Origin: Dictyostelium discoideum | Taxonomy: Eukaryota | Length of the DNA: 64,000 bases | Direction of reading: 5' to 3' | Assembly (NCBI GenBank): GCA_000004695.1 | Contig: CM000154.2 | Span: 1,632,001-1,696,000 of the forward strand | Part shown: positions 28,235 through 44,406 of the stretch, one piece after another | How the letters are laid out: each line of letters begins with the position of its first letter | Position numbering within the stretch: position 1 is the first letter of the stretch | Made by a program: the position numbers and the translations under genes | Notes under the pieces: model-generated | Told to the model about the DNA's origin: nothing | What the model saw: the letters and a program-made list of their open reading frames with translations, nothing else | Databases searched by the model: none

Positions 28235-28374
28235 AAATTTTTTAATTAAAAAATTTTACTTACATCTTTTGGTTTTAATACCATTACATTTAAACCAGCT
28301 TTTTTAAATTGATAGGCAGCATTTAAACCTGTTAAACCACCACCAACGATAACAACATCATAGAGTGTCGACAT
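26897..28374 (-). CDS. Flavin-containing amine oxidase (monoamine oxidase-like) with the C-terminal tripeptide SKL and no C-terminal TM anchor. Exons are 28374-28264 and 28156-26897.
   Basis: Exon 1 is MSTLYDVVIVGGGLTGLNAAYQFKKAGLNVMVLKPKD (the FAD GxGxxG fold). The donor is GAT|GTAAGT at 28263. The acceptor is poly-A...aaag| at 28157. Exon 2 reads [29 protein letters not shown]... and then aligns to human MAO-A/B through ...GRIHWAGTETASVWIGYMEGALESG. The last residues are ...LLNSKL*. Confidence 0.8.
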
Positions 28375-28657
28375 TTTCGTTTTATTAATATTACATACAC
28401 ACCCAATTGTGAAACGAATTGGAAAAAAAAAAAAAAAAAAAAGTAAAAAAAAAAAAAAAGAAAAAAAAAAAAAAATCAAAAAAAAAATCAAAAAAAATCA
28501 AAAATAATTAAAATATTTGACCTCATAAATAAAAATCTTTCTAATTTAAAATATTTGAAATTTCTATTATTTCTTCAAAACCACACATTTTTAATTTTAA
28601 TTTTTTTTTTTTTTTTTTTTTTTTTATGCTTATTTTAAATAGTGTTTGCAATATGTA

Positions 28658-28688
<31 letters not shown>

Positions 28689-28755
28689 AGTAATTAAAAA
28701 CCTTTTTTTTTTTTTTTTTTTTTTTTTTCAAAACCCAGGATTAATTAATTTCATT

Positions 28756-29907
28756 TTAGGTTTGTGTTTTTTTTTCTTTATAATTTTTCCAAACAATTAA
28801 TGATATTAAAAAAGTTATAATAAAAATTAATCCATTTAATGCATATGTTGCTTGAGGATAATAAATTCTATTACCTGAATTTGCTGTGAAATATGAATAA
28901 ATATTTTCGAAAATTAAAGAAGCCAAAAAAGTTGCCATTGATCCAATTGCCTGAGTACCTGTTATAATAGTACCTTGTAAATTATATGGTATAGAATTTG
29001 AAACAATTGATTGAATTAATGATAAATTATTTGTACCATTTGCATTTAAAGCACTACCTAAAATCCATAGATATTTACTATATCCTGAAAATACCAAAGA
29101 TATATGTGCAATTATTCCAACATTAATACCAATTGATACAGTTTTTCTAGGTGCTTTAGTTATTATTATTATTAAAATAAAATTATTAGTTTATTGTTTT
29201 AATTATTATTTAATTTTTTTTTTTTTTTTTTTTCCCCACTTACAAAAATATTTTAATAAAATTGGAATAATTAAAACACCCCAAATTATAATGAAAACAC
29301 CTTGACTACCTAAATAAAGACCATTTTCTTTTGAACCCCAATTATACATCAATTCTGAATAAAAATAATAACTTGTATTTACATCCTCTGATGAAAAACT
29401 CATTAAAACATAAATTAAAATTACAAATGATATAAAAGGTGAATTTGAAAATAAATTTTTAATCAATTTAAATGGATTTAATGTTTGATTATTAGAATTA
29501 TTTGTATTAATTTTTTTTTCAAGTTTTGCATTTTCAGTACTTTCTTTTAGAAATGGTATAATTGAAATACATAAAATCATTAATCCACCTGCTACTAACA
29601 AAATAATATATGATGATGACGATGATGATAATGATAATGATGATAATCCAATGAAAATTAAAGGACCTGTTATAACACCAATTCCAATAGATGCACCTAA
29701 TAATGAGTATAATAATGGTAATTGATCTTCTTCCGATAAATCTTTAAGGAATGAAAATATTGCAGCAGCCGCTGCATTACTAATTCCAGCAAAGGTATGA
29801 GAAACATAAAAAAAATATAAACAATTTGTTTTTACTGTTATAATACATGCTACCACATCTAATATTGACGATCCAATACCTATATACATAATTGGTTTTC
29901 TACCATA

Positions 29908-29940
<33 letters not shown>

Positions 29941-30346
29941 TAAATAATTTATATTTTTGTCATATTGATATCCTTCAGATTTATAAAATTACAAGAAAAA
30001 TTATGATAACTTACTTATCTGATAAATTTCCAAGTAAAGGTCCAAATAAGAAATAAGTAGCATATGGGAGAGAATCTGAATATGATTTATAATAACTAGC
30101 TTTTGATTGAGTTTCAAATATTGATAAATTTGGGAAATTATAATTTACATAGTTTAAAAATATATTTGGTATTTCAATTGAAAAAACATAATCAGACATT
30201 ACAGCCAATGTATAAAATAAATAAATTAATAATAATTGTTTAAAATATTTATGGTGTCTTAAAGAACTTTTTACTTTTATTTCATCATCAACACCATTTT
30301 TATTTAGTAATGGTTCTTTTGAAGATTCTTCATCATTTATTAACAT
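28756..30346 (-). CDS. Major-facilitator-superfamily transporter (HIAT1/MFSD14 'tetracycline-transporter-like' subfamily). Exons are 30346-30015, 29908-29244 and 29153-28756.
   Basis: The MFS signature GPLLGNLSDKYGRKPIMYIGIGSS is split by intron 1 (AA|GTAAGT at 30014, acceptor tttaaag| at 29909). Intron 2 is T|GTAAGT (29243) to aatactaaag| (29154). About 12 hydrophobic helices. Phases are 332, 665 and 398 nt. Confidence 0.7.
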
Positions 30347-30583
30347 TATTTTTTTTTTTTTTATGAAAGACTTTATTTAAAAAAAGATTTAATAAAAAAA
30401 AAAATTAAAAAAAATTTAATAAAAAAAATATAAAAATAACCAATCAAAAAAAATAGTAGTTTGGATATTTTTATAAAAAAAAATAAAAAAAAAATATATT
30501 TCAGATATTTTTTAAAAAAAAAATCTTGGTAAATTTACAATTTTGTAAAAAAATTAAAAAAAAAAAAAAGAAACATATATCGG

Positions 30584-33349
<2,766 letters not shown>

Positions 33350-33663
33350 TATTTTATAAAAAATGTTATTATTATTATTATTATTTTTAAAAGAAAATTT
33401 TTTTTTTTTTTTTATTAGATATAATAAATAAATAAGTGTATTTGTTATATATGGTGGAAGAAGTGTTTTATTTTTTTTTTTTTTTTTTTTGCAAATAATA
33501 TTACGATTTTTGCTGCTTTGCAACTATTTTTTTTTTTTTTACTTTTTTTTAAAAAATGGTTATTGTTTTTTTTTTGGTTGATATTTTGTTTAAAGATATT
33601 TTTTTTTTATTATTTTTATTATTTTTTTTTTTTTTTTTAAAAAAAAAAATTGGGGCTTTTTAT

Positions 33664-33701
<38 letters not shown>

Positions 33702-33974
33702 CCCAAAAGGATTTTTAAAAGGGTTCTTTTTTTTTTTTTTTTTTTTAAAAAAATTTTAAAAAAATTTTTATTATTTCCCTAATTTAAAAAGGGCCAAATC
33801 CTTTCCAATATTTAAAAAATATATGATCGGAAATTTTTAAAAAAATTTTTTTTTTTTTTTTTTTTTTCCTTTGGAAATTTTATGATTAAATTATTTTAAA
33901 TAGATTTTTTATTTTATTAAAAAAAAAAAATTATGGCTATTTTTTTTATTATTATTAATATTTTTTTTTTTTTA

Positions 33975-34066
33975 TTTTTTTTTTTATTTTATTTTATTTT
34001 ATTTTATTTTATTTTATTTTATTTTATTTTATTTTATTTTATTTTATTTTATTTTATTTTATTTTA
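33975..34066. repeat. (ATTTT)n pentanucleotide satellite of about 18 units.
   Basis: Direct read: attttattttattttatttt... Confidence 0.85.
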
Positions 34067-34163
34067 TTATTATTATTATTATTATTATTTTTATTTTATT
34101 TTTTTTTTATATAAATACAGAATATATTAATAATTTATTATTGTTGCAAGGTTTAAAGAAGAC

Positions 34164-34197
<34 letters not shown>

Positions 34198-34223
34198 TGA
34201 TCAAAAAAAAAAAAAAAAAAAAA

Positions 34224-34323
34224 NNNNNNNNNNNNNNNNNNNNNNNNNNNNNNNNNNNNNNNNNNNNNNNNNNNNNNNNNNNNNNNNNNNNNNNNNNNNN
34301 NNNNNNNNNNNNNNNNNNNNNNN
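34224..34323. other. Assembly gap (100 N) inside a 2.8-kb gene-free, homopolymer-rich region.
   Basis: Run of n characters. Confidence 1.
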
Positions 34324-34474
34324 AAAAAAAAAAAAAAAAAAAAAAATGTGGATGGGAGCTTTAATAAAAAGGAATTGAAAAAAAAAGTTGCGAAAAATTT
34401 AAAAAAAAAAAAAGATCCAAAAAATTAAATAAAAAGTTAGCACCCCTTTTTTTTTGGGGGCTGGGTTAAAATTT

Positions 34475-34520
<46 letters not shown>

Positions 34521-36378
34521 AAAAAAAAACATTTTTGATTTTTATAAAAAAAAAAAAAAAAAAGAAAATAAAAAAAAAAAAATTGATTTTTTAAAAAAAG
34601 AAAATAAAAAAAAAAAAAAGTAGATATTTCAGAAAAAAAAAAAAAAAAAAATTATTTATGGTCTATTTTTAGGCCAATTGGAAATATCTATTGTAATAAT
34701 TACACATTTGCACAAATTAATCGAGATGATCTTTGCATTTTTAAACAAATCGTCCAAATCCTCACTCTTTTTCGATCACCTCTTTTTTAATCACTTTTTC
34801 AATTTATTTTTTTATTTTTTTATATTTTTTTTTTTATTAAATAATTATTTTTTCTCATTTTTTTATTATTCATTTTTTCTAAAAGAAAAAAAAAGAAAAA
34901 TGGATAGAAAAAAAAAAAAAAAAAAGAGAAAATGAATAATATTAAAAAAAATTATAATATATTAAAAAATGAATGGAAAATTTTTTTTACATGTTCTCTT
35001 AATCTGATTTTTTAAATTTGCAATTTTTCGCAAAAACTCACGCATCTTCGTGCAAAAAAAAAAAAAAAAAAAGTTTTGTATAAAGAGAGCGATAAACCCT
35101 GAATTTAAAAAAAATATCTCTAAATTAGTTTAAATAGTCAACTCGGAGAGAATAGGTTTTTTTCGCTCCAATTTTGAAGAAAAATATCTCTTCAAAGTTA
35201 GAATCTTAGATAGCCTGCAATTTTTCGTGCATTCCATCACCAAATCTTTGAAAAAAAAAAAAAAAAAAAGTTTTTAAAAATTTATCGATTTGAAAATCGC
35301 AAATATTTAATTAATTACCAAAAATCCGTTGATGTCATCGATGACCAAAGTTTTTTTTTACCGAGCAACCAATAATAATTGGTAAATAATATTTGCACTG
35401 GTTTTTTTTTTTTTTTTTTTTTTCTTTCTTTTTTTTTGTTTTTAGTTTTTTTTTTTTTTTTTTCTTTCTTTTTTTTTTTTTTTGTTTTTTTAATCTTTTC
35501 ATTTTTCCAAAAAAAAAAAAAAAAAAAAAAAGTGTGAGTAAAAGTGTAAATAAAAGTGAAAATAAAAAGAGAAGAGAAAAATAAAAAAAAAAAAAAAACA
35601 AAAATTAAAAAAAAAACGAAAAATTAAATAGATTTTTATTGTATATGTTTATGAAATTGTTCAGTTGCAAAAAATAAAAACCCTTGTATTTTTAGAAACA
35701 TAAAATATTTTGAGAATCTTAAAAAATCCAATAATGGGGTTTAGAAAAAAAAAAAAAAAAAAAAACAAAATTACCACAATGTAATTAGAGTATTTTTAGC
35801 TTTATTTTTAAGGAGTCCTCCAAAATATCTTTTTTTATCAAAAAAAAAAAAAATTTCCAATAGTCCATTTAAAAAAAAAATTTTAAACGAGTGATTAAAA
35901 ATATTTTTAAACATTGGGGCAACTCAACAATGAAGCCCCTCTCCACTTTTAGAGAAAAAAAAAAAAAATATCTTTTTTTTTTTTTTTTATTTTATTTTAT
36001 TTTATTTTTGTTTTTTTCAAAAAAAAAAAAAAAAAAAATTATTTTATTTTATCATCAACCAAATTATCATAATTCGATATTCTTACGAGGTTTAAACTTT
36101 TTATTTGCCCTATCACACGCTCTAAAACAAAAATGTTTACCAAAAATTGTTACAACCTGGTTACAACATTCTAAATAGAATTGACATTGTTCTTTTGGAA
36201 TTACTAAAGTAATAAAAAAAAAAAAAAAAAAATGAAAAAAAAGTGTTAATTAATTATTTCACCCCACATTTTTCCGCATGTAAAAGTCAATTCAATTACA
36301 CATTAGTTTTTTTTTTTTTTTAAAATGAAAACCAACTGCCAACTTTCGACACTTTTATATGTTTATATTTTTATTTTA

Positions 36379-37008
36379 TTACTTACTATTTAATTTATTT
36401 TCTTTTGTAATTATTTTAAAAGTATTTTCAGTTTCTTGGACGATTATTCCTTTTTGACCAACAAAAGTTGGACATTTTGATTTGGTGACAATGACTATAG
36501 CACCATGTAAATCAGCTTTTAAAATTTTATTTACAAGAGCGGGTCCTTTTTGTTGTTGCATTACATCTTGAATATATTGAGTCCATAATTGGTGTAATGG
36601 TAAATATTGATCGTATATACAATTTTCAGAGGAGATTGAAAAGAATGAGAGTTCTCTTTTCTTTTTTGAACCTAATTTTTTGGTTTTTAATTTCTCTAAA
36701 CGTAATCTCTCTTTTCTTTCTCTTTTAATTTCTTTACTTGTTCCACCATATGATAAAAGTACAAATGGTTTATCTATATTCTCATCAACTATATCTTTCC
36801 TAATACTAGGTTCAATGAATCCAAAACTTTTACCAATAACATCACACTTTTCTTTTGACGCTATAAGTTTATCATTTTTATTTCTATCTGATAATTCTGA
36901 ATTAATCTTTTGAATCTCTTCATAACTTAATTCACCTGTTTTTGTAGTTTGTGTTTTTTTAACTTTATTATTATCATAGTTATTATTCTTTTTTATTATT
37001 TTTTTCAT
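36379..37008 (-). CDS. RNase P/MRP protein subunit p29 (POP4/Rpp29).
   Basis: Single 209-aa ORF. The C-terminal Rpp29 domain reads LHGAIVIVTKSKCPTFVGQKGIIVQETENTFKIITKENKL (Pop4 consensus: lhGa.l.V..s..p..vG..Giv..eTkntf.i.t.dn). Confidence 0.7.
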   Translation of the reverse strand: MKKIIKKNNNYDNNKVKKTQTTKTGELSYEEIQKINSELSDRNKNDKLIASKEKCDVIGKSFGFIEPSIRKDIVDENIDKPFVLLSYGGTSKEIKRERKERLRLEKLKTKKLGSKKKRELSFFSISSENCIYDQYLPLHQLWTQYIQDVMQQQKGPALVNKILKADLHGAIVIVTKSKCPTFVGQKGIIVQETENTFKIITKENKLNSK

Positions 37009-37967
37009 TTTATTAATTATATGTACAAATTTAATTATTATTATTATTTTTTTTTTTTACGAAAATTAAAAATAAAAAAAATCAAGTTGGTTTGTGGGAA
37101 AAAAAAAAAATAAAAAAAAAAAAAAAAAAAAAGTAAAAACATTCAGATTTGGGACTAAAAAAAAAAATATTTTTTCATTTTTTTATCAAAAATTTTTTTT
37201 TTATAATTTAATTATTCCATTTAAATTTTTTTGTAATTGTTTTTTTATTTTTAGGAACAACTGAATATATTAAAAAATAGATTTTTTTATCAAAAAAGAA
37301 AAAAAAAAAAAAAGAAAAACAAAAAAATTGGTTTATTTTTTAAAAAAAACAACACCATGAAATAAATTTTTTTGTTTTTCTTTTTTTTTTTTTGTTTTTT
37401 TTGACAAATTATAAATACAAAATTTTTGATTAAAAAAAAAATTAAAGATAAACCAATTCAACCAAATCAATTTTTTATATAAAAATCAATTTACAAAATC
37501 AAATTCTAAAAATATATAAATTTTTTATTAAATTAAAAAAAAAACAAGAATGATTGAATTAAAATTGATATATTTTATCCCGATAAACTCAATTTCCTGA
37601 ATTAATAATTTACCAATTCCTTGTTTTTGTTATTTTGGGTAATATTCCAATTAGTAAAAATATTTTTATTTAAAGTTGTGATTCTATAATTATCAAATTC
37701 AAATAAAATTCTTTTTTATATATTTTTTTTTTTTTTATTTTTTTTTTTTTTTTATTTTTTTTTTTTTTTTTTTGAAAATTTTTTGTCAATTGAAGTCGCA
37801 AATTATTTTTTTTCGATTTTTTTTCATTTTTTTTTTAAATGATTTAATAATCAAATAATTTATTTGTTTATATTTTATATTTATAAATTTTATATTTATG
37901 TGTAAAACTTGTATATTATTATTATTAAAGAAATTAAAGATATAAAATAAATAAAAATAAAAAGAAA

Positions 37968-40900
37968 ATGATAATAATAAATAAAAATAATGATAAGAAA
38001 TCATTGTTTTTATTATTGGTATCATTGATTTTTGTATTATTTGTATCAAATGTCATAGCAGATACAGATTATGCAATATCACCTGTATCACTTTTATTAC
38101 CATATAGTACATCAAAATATAGAAAACCATATAAATTAGAAGCAAATAAAGGTTGTTTCGAATGGATCAATACAAATCCAGATTTGGTCGAAATCACACC
38201 ACTCTATGAATCAGCAGCATCATGTTCACCATCTTCAAATGATAAACAGCAAAATATTGGAGCACCAGATTTATCACTTTGGGACAATTCACTCAATCAA
38301 CCAAATAAAAAATGTTCAAAAGCTGTTTTAGTATCTGTTAGATCAGGTACTGTTTCCGAAAGAAATTCAGCTTTCATTTATGCAGAAGAACAAGGTATGT
38401 TTTTTTTTTTTTTTTAATTATTATTTCATTATTTTAACTATGCACAAAAATACTTACACTCCTCAATATTATTTCTTTTTTTATTTTTTATTTTTTATTT
38501 TTTTTATTTTAAAAAAGTTACTGGTAAAAAATTACAATGTGAAGTATTTGTTGATAGAATTTCATCAATTGTTATTGAAACAACAACTAAAACAATGTAT
38601 AAGGATGATTTAGAAGAATTACATGTTAGAGCATATGATTCAGTTGGTAATGTATTCTCATCAATCATTGGTTTAGAGTTTGAATGGTCAATTACCTCTG
38701 GTAATATCATTCAAATTGTACCATTTAGAGGATTCCCATTGGATGATGTCGCATTAAAAATGGAACAAGAATCATTGCAAACCTCATTTGTATTAGTTCA
38801 AGGTGTTGATACTGGTCGTACTGAAATCAATACAAAATTAACTGAACCAACCTATAAAGATATTCAACATTCAACAACAATTTCAATTCTTGAACCACTT
38901 CAATTAAATCCATCTTATCTTTTATACGTTATTCCAGGTACTCAAATTCAATATCAATTATTAACAAAGAAAAGAAATATTTTAGAAAGTAAGTTTAAAA
39001 AAAATATTATTAAATTTTATTAATATTTTTATTAATTATTATTATTATTATCATCATCATCATCATCATTATTATTAAAAGATATACCATTACCAAATCC
39101 AAATTATATTTGGTCATCAAGTAATTCAAAAGTTGGTAAAGTTGATAATTCAGGTAATTTTATGGCATTGGATTTAGGTAGAACAGATTTAAAGGTACAA
39201 CATAAGAATATGAGTGATAATAAGGTACAAGCATTTGTAAATGTTGTTCATCCATCTTATTTAGCAATAAAGATTGAGCCATTAAAATCTGGATTAGGTC
39301 CAGTTTCAAATTGGAATTTAATTGAAAATAGAGATTATATCCTCGTCGTTGAACTTTATGATGCATCTGGTCATAAAATTCATAGTTCAGAGATTACATT
39401 TGATTTAAATATTCCAACTGAATATTTTGAACGTTTACCATCTTCTCAAATTCCACCAAATACTCCAAAAAGATCTGATACTTTTTATTTAAAAGCTATT
39501 AAACAAGGTTTAGTTGCATTAAAAGCATCTTTGGTTAAAGTTTATGTAAGTTGTATATTTTATTTTATATTAAATATTATTATGTAAATTAATTTTTTTT
39601 TTTTTATTTTTTTTATTTAAGGATTTAAATTTAAAGAAATATACACAATTATTAAATCCAATTAGTGTTGAACAAGAAGTTACAATTCATTCTCAAATTC
39701 AATTAAGTCCACCAATTGTTTATTTACCATATTTACCAAATCATAGACAATATTCAATGATTAGACCAATAGGTGGATCAGGTGAATATAATTGGTATAC
39801 AAATAACTCTGCAATTGTTACAGTTGACCCAACCGGTGCAATTACAAGTCAAACCAGTAGTGGTCAAACAGAGGTAATCGTTGTAGATAAAAAGAATCCA
39901 CATAATAGAGATAAAGTATTGGTTATTGTTTTACAACCTGATGAAATCATTATCACTCCATCACAAGTTGAAGTTCAAGTTGGTCAAACCTTAAAATTAT
40001 CAACTCAATTATTATCAAAACAATTATCAAAAGGTGTTCATTTCGATAGTTGTAATTTAGATGATTTAGAATGGAGAGTTGATGATTCAAATGCCAACAA
40101 TGATAATAATGGTGGTGGTGGTAGCAATCAAGAGAGATCATTCTCATTATTACCATTACAAAAAACAAATACACCAAAGAAAGAACAACCAGATCTTTGT
40201 TCAACTCGTGAATTTTTAGCTATAAAAGAAGGTTCAAACGTTATTTCAGTATCATATATGGGTATGAGAGCAAAAATTTTAATCTTTGCTTATCCACCAT
40301 TAAAGAGTGATCAAAGTGAAATCTTGTTAACATTGGGTTCAACATTAAATGTTTTCTTTAGTGGTGGTCCAGAACCATGGCATTTGGAAAGAAAGAGTCA
40401 TTTCCAATCAATTGTTTCAAATTTAACCAATGAACAAAATGTACTTTCAATCGTACCAGGTAATGGTAATTCATTCCGTGTCACTTGTCTTACTCATACA
40501 AATCCTTCAAAACCAATTGGTATCGAATTAACCATTGGTAATAAAGTAACCACTACCAATCCATATCCAGCTAGTCCATCAATTACAATTCCATACTCTT
40601 GTCGTCCCCCAGCTTCAATTCAATTACAAGTTGCCAATTTACCAAAAGATCATCAAATTCAAGATTCTTCACATCATCAACAAATACAACAACAAGAACA
40701 ACAACAACAACAACAACAACAGCAATCAACTTGTCAAGATACAATTTTCTCAATTAAAAAACAAAAACAAGGTGAAATTGGTACTTATAAAATTCGTAAT
40801 GATCGTGATATTCCATTTATCGCACAAGTTTTCGATGATAATGGTAAACCATTCACAAACTATAGTTCATTGGTTTTCGATTGGAAATCATCAGATCAAA

Positions 40901-43900
40901 CTCAAGCTAAATGGTTAAGAGATTATAATCAAAATGATCATCTTTCAACTTTATCATTAAGTAAAGAACAAGGTAAAGTTATAATTACAGTTTCAATTCT
41001 TGGTTATGATCAAGAGTTATTAAGACAAAACAAAATTCGTTCTTCAGATTTGGATACAAGTAAATTGGTTTCATCATTAGAACTTCATTTATTATCAAGT
41101 GTTGTTTTATTCCCAGACTATTATACAATGTATTTAAATGATAAAAATCATTTAAAGATTGAAGCAATTGGTGGTAGTAAAAACTTTGCTTTTACCTCAA
41201 ATAATAGTAAGATTGCATCACTTTCTTATCAACCAAATTCTGATTTCGTTACTGTAATTCCAAATCAACAAGGTTATCTTAAAGTTGAAGTTAGAGATAT
41301 TTGTTTAGGTAGTGATAATAATAAAGATCAACAACAACAATATCAACAAAAACAACAAAAACATCAACAACAACAACAATCAAATACATCACCAAGTATT
41401 GTTCAAATTAGTGAAGTACATTCAATTGAATTGGATGTTCAAGATATGGTTCAAGTTGGTGATTCAATTAATTTAATTGTTAAAGGTTTTTCACAAAATG
41501 GTCAACAATTCGATAGTACTCAATATCAATATATGAATATCATTCCACATATTGATAATCCAAATGTTTTATCAATGACTCAATCATCTGATAGCCAAGT
41601 TTTCACATTAAAAGGTTTAGATCAAGGTTTAGTCACTTTATCAGTAACCATTCAAAATCCAAAGACTTCATTCAGTGCCACATCAAAAACCATTCAAATT
41701 CAAGTATTCCCACCATTCCGTGTTTCACCAAGTGTTTTACATTTAGTACCAGGTGGTCATTTCCAAATCCATTGGACTGGTGGAGCACCAATTCGTCAAG
41801 ATGTATCATTTGTCTCATCAGATCCTTCAATTGTAAACTTGAGTGGTCGTGAAGATTTAGTTGGTGAATTGGTTGCATTAAAAGTTGGTGAGGCTACAAT
41901 CAAAGCCATCGCTCAAATCGTCGATCCAATCACTGGTAAAAAAACTATAATTGGAGAAGATAAATTAATGGTTTACGTTAAGAATATGACTGGTATTAGA
42001 ATTCATAGTAGTATTAATAAGATCCTCGTTGGTAATGAAGCCAAATTACGTGTTGTTGGTGCAAATGGTGAAACTCCATTCACATATGGTACCGTTGATT
42101 TATTCTTCAAATGGGAATGTTTAGATAGTAACATTGCAACCTTATTACCAATTTATGAACGTGCCAATACAACCGTTGAAGCCGAAGGTTCATTCAGTGT
42201 TCGTGTAATGGGTAAGAATGCAGGTTCAACCTCTATTACAGTTTGGGCCTATAGTGGTGGTGATAAAACTAAACATTTATTCCAAGCTGCTTCACTTCAA
42301 ATTAATGTAATTCCTGATATTCCAATTCAAACTACATCACTTCTTTTACCATTGAATACACCATCATCATTTATTGTCAATAATCATTTAGACAAGACTG
42401 GTATCGAATTCTACCCATTAATGGATGGTCATGGTAGTTCATCATGTAAGGATGTAATTGACATTGGTGATAATAAGATTGTAAGTTTGGATAAGATTGG
42501 TACTTGTTATGTTAGTGCCGTTAGAGATGGTCGTATGGATACAAGTAAACTCTTTAAGATCAATTCAAAACCATTCTCACATTTAGAATTACTTCCAATC
42601 AATCCAACTTCAACAGTTATTCCAATTGGTGGATCAATGTCATTTGCAATCTATTTACGTGATGATATTGGTGAGGTATTCACAGAGTATGGTTCAAGTG
42701 CTATCTTTAGTAGTGAAGTTAGTAACACTGGTATCATCTCTTCCTCAATCGATGCAAATGTTGTAACCATTAAAGGTATTCGTGCAGGTTTAGTTACTCT
42801 TCATGTCTACCTTAAAGATATGCCACATTTGGATGATTATATCAAGATTTTCGTTGGCCGTTTAGTTGAACCACATCAACCAATTCTTCATGTCGGCTCA
42901 ATGATTACCTTTTCAATTGCCAAAGATCAATTGGAACAAAGAGGTTTCTCCTTACCAAGTTCCGATGAAAAGGTTTGGTCATCCGGTGACCCATCTATTT
43001 TACAAGTTGACCCAATCACTGGTAAAGCAACCGCTATCGCTGCTGGTACAACCACCATTAATTACATTAGAAATCCATCATCTCAAACTCAAGTTGTCAT
43101 ATCTAAAATTGGAAGAATTAAGGTTGACTTTTCCGATCAAATCATTAATAACTCAAAGAAGAGATATGAATACAATTTGAAATTCTTTACTGCTGGCTCT
43201 GACATTGAATTATCTCAAGATTCAACCATTGATCAAAATATTAAAGGTATTTGTACAATTAAAGAATCTACATTTGCAACTGCATTCTTTGAAAAGGTTA
43301 AGGGAAAAGAACAATATCGTTGTGTTGTTCAGCCATCTGGTGTCGCTACCTCTTCAATTGATAAAGTTACTTTGTATGTTGAAGTTTCAAACGCTCATAA
43401 AACTTATCAATATGATACAACCATTAATCTTCCATTCGAATCAACCTTTTCAATTATCAACGTTAGAGATAATAAGATTCAACTTTCACCACGTCAATCC
43501 ACTTTTATCTTGAATATTCAATCATCAAGTCCAATCTTTGTTGAATCATCAGATAATTCATTATTATCAGTACAACAAATTAGTTCAAGTGGTGGTGATG
43601 ATCAATTAAATAATTTATATAAATATGCAATTCAACCAATGAGTGTTTCAACTAGTTTCCAAAATGTTCCATTGTTAATTAGTAGTGCTGATGGTAAGAG
43701 TAAAACAACTGTCACTGTCTCCTATTCAAAGAGTGGTTCAACTACTAGTGATCAAAATACAAGCTATGTTGAATCTTCAACCATTAATTCTCATCCATTC
43801 TTATTCTCTTTCATCATTATCGTTGGCACTCTTTTAATTGGTTTATATGCTTCAAAGAAACATAATGATAAACCAAGAGTTTACATTAATCCAAATTCAA

Positions 43901-44010
43901 ATCTTCAAACAAGTTCAATCTCTTCTCCATATAGAACTCCACCACCACATTCATTCACTTCACCAAATAGATCCACTTATGGTTCTTCAAGTATATATTT
44001 AAATAATTAA
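37968..44010 (+). CDS. nup210: Nuclear pore membrane glycoprotein gp210 (Nup210). It has a signal peptide, a lumenal array of about 1850 aa of Ig-like/BIG2 repeats, a single TM and a short C-terminal tail. Exons are 37968-38394, 38518-38988, 39082-39545 and 39622-44010.
   Basis: Multiple blocks are colinear with human NUP210. ISPVSLLLPYSTS..LEANKGCFEWINTNPDLVEITPL matches [57 protein letters not shown] matches [51 protein letters not shown] matches AYLPLKA...VTLGSSKEMLFEGGPRPW. IQVFPPFRVSP matches IEVFPPFRLMP. The introns run G|GTATGT (38395) to aaaaaag| (38517), a|GTAAGT (38989) to attaaaag| (39081), and TAT|GTAAGT (39546) to tatttaag| (39621). All phases are consistent, giving about 1917 aa. 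Confidence 0.85.
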
Positions 44011-44100
44011 AAAAGAAATTAAATAATAATAATGAAATTAAATAATAATAATAATTAAATAATAATAATAATTAAATAATAATAATATAATAAAAATAAA

Positions 44101-44110
44101 TAATAAATAA

Positions 44111-44204
<94 letters not shown>

Positions 44205-44210
44205 TACAAA
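44101..44210. repeat. (AAT)n microsatellite downstream of nup210.
   Basis: Direct read. Confidence 0.85.
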
Positions 44211-44406
44211 TAACAATACAAATAACTAATATTTATATAAAGAAAAAAAAAAAGAAAAAAAAAAAAAGAAAAAAAGAAAACTTCAAAAAAAAAATAAAAA
44301 ATTAAATAATTAAAAAAAAAAATTATCTCTTTTATTTATTTGAATTACATGTATTTGTTTTTTTTTTTTTTTTTTTAAAAAAAAAATTTTATATCAAAAA
44401 ATGATA

